Below are positions 1 to 10,177 of a stretch of DNA of 64,000 bases, one piece after another. Every line of letters begins with the position of its first letter. The stretch's first letter is position 1. The position numbers and the translations under genes are program-made. This DNA comes from an uncultured Bacteroidota bacterium (lineage in GTDB: Bacteria > Bacteroidota > Bacteroidia > Bacteroidales > Bacteroidaceae). The stretch covers positions 2,418 to 66,417 of the forward strand of contig CAMVLL010000002.1 in the NCBI GenBank assembly GCA_947168315.1, read 5' to 3'. The notes under the pieces are model-generated. The model saw only the letters and a list, made by a program, of their open reading frames with translations. It had not been told where the DNA came from and did not search any database.

Positions 1-99
1 TAGTAATTCCTTTTTAGCAAAGATATAAAAATTAATTGAAAAAGAAGATGATTTGATTGAATTTGTACTTTCCTTTTGGAAATAAGTATTATCCTCATC

Positions 100-891
100 T
101 TATTCTTCTCCTGTTTTTCCTTTATCTCCTATGTTTTGTGATAGCTCTTTCAGTTGTTGCTCTATATTATTCAATTTCTCCAACACGTCATCATTATTAT
201 CTTCTGCCATCGCATCGACAAATATTGAATTTATTAACGACATACCGATGATTCCGCCCATAAACAGTAATACGGAGAAATAGCAACGGGCAAATAATCC
301 CCATGCCTCACCTCCATTCTGAGCAATCGTGTCGGGTAATTCATACCATCCTTCAATGGTGAACAAACGGAAAATACTGTAAATACTGATTCCTGGATTG
401 CCAAAATAATCGGGAGCAAGATCACCAAATAAAGTCGTTGATAAAATAGAGAATATAACTAATAGAACGATGAATGCAATGAGTACTAACAATGTAGCCT
501 TGAAGGCTAATCTCAAACCGTTAAGTAATTTATGGATGTTCGGAATAAAGCGGAGCATCTTAAACGACTTGAACAGTCGCATGGATCGCATGGCCAACAC
601 CGTGTTCGTTGCCATCGAATGTCCAATAAACGGACTGATCAATGATGGGAGAGCGATAATTATGATGATAAAATCAAACCGGTTCCATCCCTCTTTCCAA
701 TATGCTTTCCATCCGCTGGCGGAAATCTTTGCTAACGCTTCGCATATGAATAGAATAGTAAACATTATGTCCACGTGTTCTGTCCATTGAGCATTAGGCC
801 AGAATCCACCGATGAATAAAACTATTGTGTTCAGTAATATGGCAATCAGCATTATGCGCTCATTGCAAAAGAAATTCCTAATCATCCCCAT
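100..891 (-). CDS. Voltage-gated ion channel, BacNav-like (Ion_trans family)
   Basis: Six TM segments, WNRFD at S3, S4 with periodic basic residues (MRSMRLFKSFKMLR), pore FRLFTIEGWYE, C-terminal coiled coil. Confidence 0.9.
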   Translation of the reverse strand: MGMIRNFFCNERIMLIAILLNTIVLFIGGFWPNAQWTEHVDIMFTILFICEALAKISASGWKAYWKEGWNRFDFIIIIIALPSLISPFIGHSMATNTVLAMRSMRLFKSFKMLRFIPNIHKLLNGLRLAFKATLLVLIAFIVLLVIFSILSTTLFGDLAPDYFGNPGISIYSIFRLFTIEGWYELPDTIAQNGGEAWGLFARCYFSVLLFMGGIIGMSLINSIFVDAMAEDNNDDVLEKLNNIEQQLKELSQNIGDKGKTGEE

Positions 892-930
892 ATCTTAAAA
901 CTTTGCCTATATATTAGAAATATCGAATTA

Positions 931-2283
931 TTAATGTTTTTTGAACTCTTGGAACTGTTGATATAGCATGAAACCAGCAATTAAACTGGCTAGTAAATCC
1001 GAAACAGGCATGCTCCACCATACACCATCGGTCTGAAAATAATGCGGAAGGATGATTAAGCATGGCAATAAAAATATCAATTGTCGTGTAAGCGAAAGGA
1101 AAATAGCTTTCTTCGCCATGCCAATGCTTTGGAAAAAGTTGGTTGTTACCATCTGAAAACCTACGATAGGGAAGAAAATTACGGTAATCCGCAAAGCATG
1201 GGCTGATATTTGTAACAAATCGTTGTGACTCGTAAAGGCACGTACGACAATATTGGGGAAGAAAACTCCGACAATGAAGGCGACGGTCATGACAATGGTT
1301 GCAAAGAAGATCGTTAACCGCAACACCTGATTCACACGGTGATATTGTTGGGCTCCGAAATTAAAACCTGCAATAGGCTGCATACCTTGGTTAAGGCCCA
1401 TCACAATCATAGCAAAGATGAAAGCAACACGGTTGGCAATGCCAAATGCACCGATAGCCAAATCACCGCCATAAAACTTCAGACCCTTATTGATAAAGAT
1501 GACTATCAGGCAACTGGCCAGATTCATCAAAAATGGTGATAAGCCAATGGCAATCGACCGTTTCACTAAGTCTGCTCTTAATTTGTATATACCTTTTGAG
1601 AAATGAAGGACCTCATCTGGATTGGAAAAGATACGTAATTGCCATACCAATGAGATTGTCTGTGAAAGAACTGTTGCAATTGCAGCCCCTTGAATACCCC
1701 AACCAAAAACGAAGATGAATAATGGGTCAAGAATGGTATTGATGACCACAGTGTTGATGGTTGCAATCATCGCTTCACGAGGGTGGCCGGACGCTCGAAG
1801 TGCGGCGTTTAAGCCAAAGTACATGTGCGTGATGATATTTCCCAACAAGATGATGAACATGTAATCGCGGGCATACGGAATGGTATCAGCACTCGCTCCG
1901 AAGAAATAGAGGATAGGATCCAAAAAAATCAGGGAGAGAACGGTGAAACCAATGCCAATCAGGATGTTCAATGTGACAACATTTCCCAGAACTTTTTCAG
2001 CTGTATCATAATCTTTTTGACCCAGACCAACAGATATCAAGGTAGCGGCTCCAACACCGACCAATGTCCCGAAAGCAGCAGAAAGATTCATGAAAGGAAA
2101 GGTAACAGCTAAGCCAGAGATGGCCAAATGACCCACACCTTGTCCAATAAAAATACTGTCCACCATATTGTATAAGGAGGATGCAGTCATCGCAATAATG
2201 GATGGAAGGGCATATTGGGCCAACAAACTACCAATAGGCTTGGTCCCTAATTCCTGTGCTCTGGTTAATCCTGATTTAGTCAT
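931..2283 (-). CDS. MATE family efflux transporter (MepA-like)
   Basis: 450 aa, about 12 TM, motifs LYNMVDSIFIGQ, NTILDPLFIF, GIQGAAIAT, QPIAGFNFGA. Confidence 0.93.
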   Translation of the reverse strand: MTKSGLTRAQELGTKPIGSLLAQYALPSIIAMTASSLYNMVDSIFIGQGVGHLAISGLAVTFPFMNLSAAFGTLVGVGAATLISVGLGQKDYDTAEKVLGNVVTLNILIGIGFTVLSLIFLDPILYFFGASADTIPYARDYMFIILLGNIITHMYFGLNAALRASGHPREAMIATINTVVINTILDPLFIFVFGWGIQGAAIATVLSQTISLVWQLRIFSNPDEVLHFSKGIYKLRADLVKRSIAIGLSPFLMNLASCLIVIFINKGLKFYGGDLAIGAFGIANRVAFIFAMIVMGLNQGMQPIAGFNFGAQQYHRVNQVLRLTIFFATIVMTVAFIVGVFFPNIVVRAFTSHNDLLQISAHALRITVIFFPIVGFQMVTTNFFQSIGMAKKAIFLSLTRQLIFLLPCLIILPHYFQTDGVWWSMPVSDLLASLIAGFMLYQQFQEFKKH

Positions 2284-2309
2284 TCACTCGATTTCTACTT
2301 TCTGTGCTG

Positions 2310-2317
2310 CAAAGTTA
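2310..2317 (-). promoter_or_regulatory. Bacteroidetes sigma-A -7 element upstream of the MATE gene
   Basis: TAACTTTG on the minus strand matches TAnnTTTG, about 27 bp before the start codon. Confidence 0.65.
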
Positions 2318-2444
2318 CGGATAAACGAGAGTAGAACAAAAAGAATGACTATTCTTTTTTGTTATTCTACATCCGATGATATGGAAAAACGGACAATGAT
2401 TTATAAAAAGTTCCCGTAAATATGAATCATTGCTGTTTTTTTTC

Positions 2445-2452
2445 TACTTTTG
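2445..2452 (+). promoter_or_regulatory. Bacteroidetes -7 element for the 2471-7939 operon
   Basis: TACTTTTG matches TAnnTTTG. Confidence 0.65.
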
Positions 2453-2470
2453 CAAGGATAAAGGTGTCTT

Positions 2471-3421
2471 ATGAAAAAAGTATTGATTATAGGTTTGCTT
2501 TTGATGACCTTTGGATTACATGCCCAGTCATTGAAATTAGAGAAAGTTGTGCTCACCCCATCATGGCAAGCACAAGCGGAGTATGCTGGCATTTATGTCG
2601 CAGAGGCTAGGGGATTCTATAGGGATGTGGGGCTTGATGTGCAACTAATGCATCCTGCTCTTTCTACTTCTCCTATAAAATATTTGAAGGATGGTTCAGC
2701 TCAATTCGTAATCAATCATCTTTTAAGTGCTTTGAAAGAGACTGGTAACGGCTTTCGTATGATAAATCTACTTCAGATCTCTCAAAATAGTACACAGGTT
2801 ATTGTGTCCCATACCCCAATTCAACGTCCTGAAGACTTGAAAAACAATCGGATTGGAATATGGAAATCAGGTTTTACGGAACTGGTTTACTTGATGAATC
2901 AAGAGCATAATCTGAATATGGAGTTTATTCCGATGGTGAATAACATCAATCTGTTCATTTCAGGTGCTATTGATGCCACCATCGCCATGAAATATAACGA
3001 ATATTATAAGTTGATGATGGCAGGACTTCGTCTGAAAGAGGACCAAGTACTGTCACTTGCGAATGTTGGATATAATATACCCGAAGATGGCCTTTATGTA
3101 ACGGCTGATTATTTCCGTGCTAATCGTGACCTTTGCGAACGAGTGGCTAATGCTACTCGAAAAGGATGGGAATGGGCTGCTGAACATCCTGAAGAAGCGC
3201 TTGACATTGTCATGGAAGCAACAAAAAAATACAGCGTCAATACAAATCGACCTGCTCAAAAATGGATGCTGGAAAAGTTTCTTGATTCTATGATTGCTAA
3301 CCAAGAAGGTAAACGAACATATGTCTTGGACCCTTCTGCTTTGGATGAGGCAAACCAGATGTTGCTTTCTATGAAGCTAATTCAGAAAAGAATAACCTAT
3401 AATGAACTTACTGAGCCATGA
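2471..3421 (+). CDS. Periplasmic solute-binding protein, NMT1/THI5/SsuA-like
   Basis: Signal peptide, WQAQAEYAGIYVAEARGFYRDVGLDV, GWEWAAEHPEEA. Confidence 0.85.
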   Translation: MKKVLIIGLLLMTFGLHAQSLKLEKVVLTPSWQAQAEYAGIYVAEARGFYRDVGLDVQLMHPALSTSPIKYLKDGSAQFVINHLLSALKETGNGFRMINLLQISQNSTQVIVSHTPIQRPEDLKNNRIGIWKSGFTELVYLMNQEHNLNMEFIPMVNNINLFISGAIDATIAMKYNEYYKLMMAGLRLKEDQVLSLANVGYNIPEDGLYVTADYFRANRDLCERVANATRKGWEWAAEHPEEALDIVMEATKKYSVNTNRPAQKWMLEKFLDSMIANQEGKRTYVLDPSALDEANQMLLSMKLIQKRITYNELTEP

Positions 3422-5820
3422 AACTCCCAAGATTGTTGACACCGTCTCGTTCGTTCTCTGCAAAAATCACTTGGAGAGTCATATTGACCGTCTTTGTGAT
3501 ATTCTCTATAATTAATTACTCTATTTATAGGACTACTAGGAATGGTATTCTTTCAGAGGCGATAGAACGATATCATGGTATGGCTGAGGCTACTAATGAG
3601 CAAGTATCCAGTGCCCTGGGGGCAGTTGAAGTTGCTCTCACGAATAATATTCCTATCGTAGAAGAGAACTTGGATGAGCCAGATAATTTGTATGGTGTGG
3701 TGAAACGTATTTTGGAATTAAATCCTAATATAATAGGCTCCGCCGTTGCCTTCGAACCCAATTACTATCCTCATAAAGGTATACAGTTTTCTCCTTATGC
3801 TTACCGAGATAATGGTGAAATCAAATTCAAACAATTAGGTACCGATGAATATGAGTATCACTATATGGATTGGTATCAGATACCAAAACTGTTGGATAGA
3901 CCTCATTGGAGTGAACCATATTATGACTCTGGAGGCGGAGAAATGACAATGTCTACCTATTCCGTTCCTTTGCATAATAAAGATGGAAAGATTTATGGGG
4001 TCATGACTGCCGATATTTCGTTGGAATGGTTGACCGAAACACTTCATCAACTGGATAGTATTATTATTAATAGAGGTAGGCAAGGTAATAATAACAGTAT
4101 AGATATAGCTGATAACCCATATAGTTTTATTATTGGAAAGGGAGCTACATACATTGTTCATCCTATACGTGATAGAATCATGAATGAGACCTTTTTCTCT
4201 TATTCTCAGCTAACGGCGGATACCCTTGATGATCATATCGGATATGAGATGTTGGCTGGTAAAAAAGCATATCAACGATTTGTAAATAAGGACGTTGACT
4301 CATACATATTCTATTCACCAATTAGAAAAACTGAATGGGCTATGGGTATTGTCGTGCCAAGTGATGATTTGTTCTTTGCTGCTCGGGTTATGGGAGCTAT
4401 TATTTTGGCTTTAATGATTTTAGGCTTACTTGTTGTCTTTGGTATTTGTCAGAAACTATTAAACCAAGTGACAAAGCCATTAGTTCGCTTCGCTGGTTCT
4501 GTAAATGAAATTTCAGCGGGTAACTTTACAGCTGCATTGCCGGAGATAAAAACCAAAGATGAGATGCGCCAACTGTATGACTCGTTCAAACTGATGCAAA
4601 CATCCTTGGTCTCTCAAATAAACGAACTGAAGACGGTTAATGAGGAAAAGGGACGTATAGAAGGAGAGCTACATATTGCCAGAGCAATTCAGATGTCTAT
4701 GCTTCCGAAAATTTTCCCTCCTTATCCGGACCGGGATGACATCGACATCTATGCCTCACTGACACCAGCCAAAGAGGTAGGTGGTGATTTGTATGATTTC
4801 TATATTCGTGATGAGAAATTATTCTTCTGTGTTGGTGATGTAAGTGGAAAAGGTGTGCCTGCTTCTTTGATCATGGCTATCTCAAGGGCACTCTTCCGCA
4901 CAGTATCTGCTCATGAAAGTAATCCAGCTAAAATCATTTCGACCATAAACGATGTGGTTTCGGTAGACAATGAGTCGAACATGTTTGCAACGTTCTTCCT
5001 TGGTGTATTGGACTTACCAACAGGTCGTATGCGTTATTGCAATGCTGGGCATAATGCACCTGTTTTTGTCAATGGCGAAGACGTACATTTCCTGAATGTC
5101 GAATCCAATATTCCGCTTGGTGTCATGAGTGGTTTTAATTATGAGGTTCAAACAGTTACGATGCCATATAAATCGAACATCTTTTTATATACTGATGGTT
5201 TGACTGAGGCGGAAAATGCTGAGCATTGTCTATATGGTGAGGAACAGATGATTAAAACGATTCAACAATGTGTTGATGGTTCTACAAAAGATATGATTCT
5301 TAGGATGGAACAGTCGGTGGCTAACCATGTTTTAGGGGCAGAACAAAGTGATGACTTGACCATGCTTGACATACAATATCTACGAAAACAAGATGAGGTA
5401 ATCATGCATCGTCAATTGGTCATTGTCAACAAGTTGGATGAGATTACAAGATTGGCTGAGTTTGTTGAATCAGTTTGTGAAGAGGTGACCATTGACCCAT
5501 CCTTGACGATGAATTTGAATCTGGCTATAGAGGAAGCTGTAACGAACGTTATCCTTTATGCATATCCGGAAGGAATAGAAGACCGCATATACATTGAGGC
5601 TGTTTGTAATCCAAATCCGAGAAGGATAAAGTTTATTATCAGTGATTGGGGAAAAGCCTTCGATCCAACGACCAAAGATGATGTGGATATCACATTAAGT
5701 GCCGAAGACCGTCCAATCGGAGGCTTGGGTATCCATCTGATTCGTCAAATCATGGATTCGGTAAATTATGAGCGAGTGGAAGGTAAGAATATATTAACGT
5801 TGCGTAAAAAATTGACATAG
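3418..5820 (+). CDS. Membrane sensor: Cache-HAMP-SpoIIE (PP2C) phosphatase fused to an RsbW-like HATPase kinase
   Basis: Two TM around a Cache domain (WSEPYYD), HAMP (DEMRQL), PP2C motifs GGDLYD, GDVSGKG, YTDGLTEA, SDDLT, C-terminal EEAVTNVILYAY, ISDWGKAFDP, GGLGIHL. Confidence 0.92.
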   Translation: MKLPRLLTPSRSFSAKITWRVILTVFVIFSIINYSIYRTTRNGILSEAIERYHGMAEATNEQVSSALGAVEVALTNNIPIVEENLDEPDNLYGVVKRILELNPNIIGSAVAFEPNYYPHKGIQFSPYAYRDNGEIKFKQLGTDEYEYHYMDWYQIPKLLDRPHWSEPYYDSGGGEMTMSTYSVPLHNKDGKIYGVMTADISLEWLTETLHQLDSIIINRGRQGNNNSIDIADNPYSFIIGKGATYIVHPIRDRIMNETFFSYSQLTADTLDDHIGYEMLAGKKAYQRFVNKDVDSYIFYSPIRKTEWAMGIVVPSDDLFFAARVMGAIILALMILGLLVVFGICQKLLNQVTKPLVRFAGSVNEISAGNFTAALPEIKTKDEMRQLYDSFKLMQTSLVSQINELKTVNEEKGRIEGELHIARAIQMSMLPKIFPPYPDRDDIDIYASLTPAKEVGGDLYDFYIRDEKLFFCVGDVSGKGVPASLIMAISRALFRTVSAHESNPAKIISTINDVVSVDNESNMFATFFLGVLDLPTGRMRYCNAGHNAPVFVNGEDVHFLNVESNIPLGVMSGFNYEVQTVTMPYKSNIFLYTDGLTEAENAEHCLYGEEQMIKTIQQCVDGSTKDMILRMEQSVANHVLGAEQSDDLTMLDIQYLRKQDEVIMHRQLVIVNKLDEITRLAEFVESVCEEVTIDPSLTMNLNLAIEEAVTNVILYAYPEGIEDRIYIEAVCNPNPRRIKFIISDWGKAFDPTTKDDVDITLSAEDRPIGGLGIHLIRQIMDSVNYERVEGKNILTLRKKLT

Positions 5821-5829
5821 GGAGATAAA

Positions 5830-7623
5830 ATGGAGAGTATATTCTTTTTGGGACTGAACATGTATGCTTGGATTACAATCATTGCATTGGCTTCTTTGAT
5901 TGTTATCATGGTCCGTACGAATGTTCCAGTAGAGGTGGCTTTTTTGAGTGTCGTAACCATATTGCTTGTGTTTGGCATTGTTGACGAAGAAGAGGCGATG
6001 GCAGGCTTCGGTAGTGAACCGGTTGTCGTACATGGTGCTTTCTTTGTTGTCATGGCCGGACTGATGCATACAGGTGTACTCTATTGGTTAACCAATAACC
6101 TGATGGGTACTCCGAAGACTTATCGAGGAGCATTGATAAAACTGATGGTTCCGATATCGGTTTTGGCTGCCTTGCTGAACAGTGTCAACGTGGTTGCATT
6201 GTTTATAGATATGGTGAAACTATGGGCACGTAGGTTAGGAACTGAACCTTCCAGACTATTGCTACCATTAAGTTATGCTGCTTCTTTAGGTGGTATGTGT
6301 ACTTTGATTGGTAACTCATCAAACTTGGTGATTGCCGGATTATATGCTGACCAGACTGGAGAATCGTTGAACCTGTTTGCTCCTTTGTTGCCTGCAATGT
6401 TTTGTACAGCAATCGGAATAGGTCTGACCATTTTGTTTTCTCACTTGATTCCGCACCGTGAATCTCCGGAGGCTTCTTTTGAGACCACCAGTGATTATAC
6501 TGTCGAGCTGTTGGTTCCGACCGATAATAAAGCTGTTGGACTGAGTGTCGATGAGGCCGGACTAAGGAATGTACGAGGTGGTTCTTTGGTGGAGATTGTT
6601 CGTTTCGACAAAGAAATTATCTCACCAGTTGGAGATGATGAGTTTATATTAGGTGGTGACCGTTTAATCTATGCGGGACAGATCAATGAGATTTTGGAGT
6701 TGAAACGTACGCATGGTTTGGTTGCAGCCGATCATCATGTGTTCAGTGTCTCTGAGATTGACAGTGATCGTAAGCTTCGGACTGCGTATGTACGATTTGG
6801 TAGTGATTTGATTGGAACTCAGATGAGCAATAGCGATTTTGAGAAACGTACAGATATGGTTCTTGTTGCTGTAGCTCGTCAGGGACGAAGAGTAGAGGGA
6901 CAACCTCGTGAGATTGTGCTTCAAGCTGGTGATACGTTGTTGCTGGAATGTCCTCCAAAAGACGATTCTGAGATTGAAGAGACAAACAAGCGTAGTTTGA
7001 TCTTCTTTGATTCACACTTCGTACCTGAGATTGGTTCGAAAACAATTATTTCTTCGGTGATCCTTTTGGCTATGTTCCTGCTATCTTCTTTACATGTCTT
7101 GCCTTTGATGGCGTCTGTAATGGTGGCAGCTGGACTGATGCTTATATTCAAGTGTTGTAGGATGCATAGCATTATCAAATATATCGAATGGGAATTATTG
7201 TTGGTACTTGGTAGTACGGTCGTTTTCAGTACGGCCATTGCCAATACGGGTATTGCAGATGCTATCTCAGAGCATGTGATTGACCTTTTCGGTACGAATC
7301 CGTATGTAATCATGTTCGTGATGTGCTTATTAGCCTCTTTGCTGAGTGAATTTGTAAATGATGTGGGTGCTGCGGCGGTATTCTTCCCTGTAGTTTATCA
7401 TGAGGCGATAGCATTAGGATGTAATCCTATGCCGTTCATCATTTCTTTGATGTTAGCGGTGACAACAAGTTTCGCATCTCCTATTGGCTCAAATACTCAC
7501 ATGCTGATTTATGCGCCTGGTGGTTTTAAGTTTTATGATTTTATCCGGATTGGTTTCTGGATGCATATTTTGTTATTGATTGCAAATCTTTTTATCGTAA
7601 ATATTATATATCCAATACATTAA
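5830..7623 (+). CDS. SLC13/DASS family permease with two TrkA-C domains
   Basis: PLSYAASLGGMCTLIGNSSNLVI, SFASPIGSNTHMLIYAPGGFKF, central soluble TrkA-C repeats. Confidence 0.88.
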   Translation: MESIFFLGLNMYAWITIIALASLIVIMVRTNVPVEVAFLSVVTILLVFGIVDEEEAMAGFGSEPVVVHGAFFVVMAGLMHTGVLYWLTNNLMGTPKTYRGALIKLMVPISVLAALLNSVNVVALFIDMVKLWARRLGTEPSRLLLPLSYAASLGGMCTLIGNSSNLVIAGLYADQTGESLNLFAPLLPAMFCTAIGIGLTILFSHLIPHRESPEASFETTSDYTVELLVPTDNKAVGLSVDEAGLRNVRGGSLVEIVRFDKEIISPVGDDEFILGGDRLIYAGQINEILELKRTHGLVAADHHVFSVSEIDSDRKLRTAYVRFGSDLIGTQMSNSDFEKRTDMVLVAVARQGRRVEGQPREIVLQAGDTLLLECPPKDDSEIEETNKRSLIFFDSHFVPEIGSKTIISSVILLAMFLLSSLHVLPLMASVMVAAGLMLIFKCCRMHSIIKYIEWELLLVLGSTVVFSTAIANTGIADAISEHVIDLFGTNPYVIMFVMCLLASLLSEFVNDVGAAAVFFPVVYHEAIALGCNPMPFIISLMLAVTTSFASPIGSNTHMLIYAPGGFKFYDFIRIGFWMHILLLIANLFIVNIIYPIH

Positions 7624-7633
7624 ATTTAAGAAA

Positions 7634-7939
7634 ATGACAACAACAATTCGTGAGGAAAACGGTAAGTTTATCGCTGTCTTTGAAGGACGTTTGGATACTC
7701 CGTCGTCTTTGCAAACGCAAGTAGATATCAAACCGTTACTGGACAATGCAGACAAGGAGATTGTGCTGGATTGTAAGGATTTGGAATACATTAGTAGTTC
7801 TGGCTTGCGTATATTTTTGACTTTGCGAAAGGAAACTGCAGCCAAAGGGGGCAAGGTCATTATAGAGAATATACGGCCAGATATTAAGAAGGTATTTGAA
7901 ATGACAGGATTCTACAAGTTATTTGAAATACGTGATTAA
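7634..7939 (+). CDS. STAS anti-sigma factor antagonist (RsbV/SpoIIAA-like)
   Basis: 101 aa, GRLD and LEYISSSGLR phosphorylation-site motif. Confidence 0.92.
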   Translation: MTTTIREENGKFIAVFEGRLDTPSSLQTQVDIKPLLDNADKEIVLDCKDLEYISSSGLRIFLTLRKETAAKGGKVIIENIRPDIKKVFEMTGFYKLFEIRD

Positions 7940-7945
7940 GTATAC

Positions 7946-7982
7946 AAAAAAGAGGATGTGCTAATAACACATCCTCTTTTTT
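7946..7982. terminator. Bidirectional rho-independent terminator
   Basis: AAAAAAGAGGATGTG-loop-CACATCCTCTTTTTT between convergent genes. Confidence 0.9.
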
Positions 7983-7999
7983 ATATACTAATGATGGTA

Positions 8000-9184
8000 T
8001 TATCTGTCTGCTTTTAATCGGTCGGCCATTGCCTTTGCTAGTTCACGACATTGTTCTTCGGTTGTGGCATTCATGGATTGTTTCATCTCAACCGGTGTTC
8101 CAACCTGCTCATATTTCAGCTTTTCATTGTACTCACCAATCTTTTTAACGGCAGCTCCGGCCCAACTGAAAGAACCGAACCATCCTAAATAGCGGTTCTT
8201 GATATCTCTTGAGGCCAATTCACCAAGCAATGTTTCCATTTCTGGATAGATGTTGGTGTTATATGTCGGGCAACCAAGGATCAATCCTTTATAGTTGAAT
8301 ACTTCTTGGATAATGTATGAGTGATGTTTGCGTGATACATTCTCAATGATAATGTTCTTGATGCCTTGTTTGTTGAGCTCTTCCGCGATCACTTCGGCCA
8401 TCATTTCCGTATTACCATACATGGTACCAAATACGATGACAACACCTTCTTGAGCTTCGTATTTGCTCAGTCGGTCATAGATGCTGATAACCTTTGGCAA
8501 TTGCTCTGTCCAAACAGGTCCATGAGTAGGACAAACCATTTGAACTGGCAACGTCTTTACTTTTGCTAATGCACGTTGTACGGGTATGCCATACTTCCCA
8601 ACGATATTTGAGTAATAGCGTTCCATCTCACTCCAATAAATATCGGTATTAATCTGTGCATCGATGACGCCTCCGTTCAAGGCTCCAAACGTTCCCATGG
8701 CATCTCCTGAGAATAAAATGCCTTCCGTAGTGTCAAAGGTAACCATTGTCTCAGGCCAGTGAACCATTGGGATAAGGGCAAACTGTAGTTTATGGTGTCC
8801 TAAATCAAGTGTATCACCTTCTTTGACAACTAATTGCTTGCTATCTACACCATAGAATCCTTGAATCATTCCGAAAGTTTTGGCATTACCTACGATGGTA
8901 ATCTCAGGATAATATTTCTTTATCAGACTGATAGAGCCGGAATGGTCGGGTTCCATATGGTCGATGATCAAATAGTCAATAGGTTTCTCACCGATTACAT
9001 CCTTGATTTTCTTGATGAATACTTCGAAATAGCGGACATCCACGGTCTCAACCAACGCTATTTTTTCGTCCACGATGAGATATGAGTTATACGAAACGCC
9101 ATAAGGCAAAGGCCACAAATTCTCAAACAGATACTTCTGTCGGTCGTTTACGCCTACATAATGTACATTAGCTTTAAGTTCCAT
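8000..9184 (-). CDS. fprA: Flavodiiron protein (A-type flavoprotein)
   Basis: HMEPDHSG, HWPE, FSGDAMG, PTHG, flavodoxin domain TMYGNT. Confidence 0.93.
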   Translation of the reverse strand: MELKANVHYVGVNDRQKYLFENLWPLPYGVSYNSYLIVDEKIALVETVDVRYFEVFIKKIKDVIGEKPIDYLIIDHMEPDHSGSISLIKKYYPEITIVGNAKTFGMIQGFYGVDSKQLVVKEGDTLDLGHHKLQFALIPMVHWPETMVTFDTTEGILFSGDAMGTFGALNGGVIDAQINTDIYWSEMERYYSNIVGKYGIPVQRALAKVKTLPVQMVCPTHGPVWTEQLPKVISIYDRLSKYEAQEGVVIVFGTMYGNTEMMAEVIAEELNKQGIKNIIIENVSRKHHSYIIQEVFNYKGLILGCPTYNTNIYPEMETLLGELASRDIKNRYLGWFGSFSWAGAAVKKIGEYNEKLKYEQVGTPVEMKQSMNATTEEQCRELAKAMADRLKADR

Positions 9185-9208
9185 AATTATTTATTTTTCT
9201 TGGTGTGG

Positions 9209-9216
9209 CAAAGATA
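9209..9216 (-). promoter_or_regulatory. -7 element upstream of fprA
   Basis: TATCTTTG on the minus strand. Confidence 0.65.
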
Positions 9217-9248
9217 ACGTTTTTTTCGACTGTTCCTATCAATTGACT

Positions 9249-10169
9249 TTAAAAGTTATAACATTTCCCTTGCCATGTATCACGTTCTACGAGTCGTCTT
9301 TTTATTTTCTCTGTGAACTCGAAATTCTTTAGTCCCCAGTCGGGTGCAATCAGTAATGACTTTGGTGACTGTGAAACGAATCTATCTAGGATGATGTCAG
9401 GACGAAGTCGTTCGATAAAGTCAATGATCAACTCAACGTATTCATCTGCACTGAAGAGGTGGAAATTTTCAGGATGTTGCTCGTATTCATGGGCCATACG
9501 AGTTCCACGAATCAGTTGCAGTTGGTGCAGTTTTAATGTTTTGATAGGCAATTTTGATAATTCATCGGCTTCGTGAAGCATCATTTCTTTGCTTTCTCCA
9601 GGCAGACCGAGTATGAGATGAGCACCAACGTCGATTCCTCGTTCGGCTGTTTGTTGGATTGCACGAATAGAAGTAGGGTAGGAATGACCTCGATTTATGC
9701 GTACCAGTGTGTCCTCGTAGATACTTTCAACTCCATATTCGACACAAAGGAAGGTACGTTTGTTTAGTCCTTCCAGATAGTCGAGCAGTTCCTTCGGCAT
9801 GCAATCCGGACGGGTACCTATCACTATTCCTACGACATCTTCAACAGCCAAAGCTTCCTCATATTTTTTTATCAATTCATCTAGCCTTCCATACGAATTA
9901 GTATATGCTTGGAAATAAGCCAGATATTTCATCTGAGGATATTTTCGTGAAAAGAAAAGTTTTCCTTCTTCCAACTGCTGTGTAATAGACCGATCCGTCT
10001 TGCAATACTCCGGGTTGAATGTCTGATTATTGCAATAGGTACACCCACCTACACCAATACTACCGTCTCGATTAGGGCAGGTGAACCCGGCGTTGATGGA
10101 GATTTTCTGTACCTTAAAAGGGAAAAGCTCGGCCAGATAATGAGCGTAGTCGGAATATCTGATCTGCAT
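9249..10169 (-). CDS. yhcC: Radical SAM protein, TIGR01212/YhcC family
   Basis: GFTCPNRDG..GGCTYCNN, YFQAYTN, GTRPDC, LKLHQL. Confidence 0.9.
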   Translation of the reverse strand: MQIRYSDYAHYLAELFPFKVQKISINAGFTCPNRDGSIGVGGCTYCNNQTFNPEYCKTDRSITQQLEEGKLFFSRKYPQMKYLAYFQAYTNSYGRLDELIKKYEEALAVEDVVGIVIGTRPDCMPKELLDYLEGLNKRTFLCVEYGVESIYEDTLVRINRGHSYPTSIRAIQQTAERGIDVGAHLILGLPGESKEMMLHEADELSKLPIKTLKLHQLQLIRGTRMAHEYEQHPENFHLFSADEYVELIIDFIERLRPDIILDRFVSQSPKSLLIAPDWGLKNFEFTEKIKRRLVERDTWQGKCYNF

Positions 10170-10177
10170 GTGTGTCG

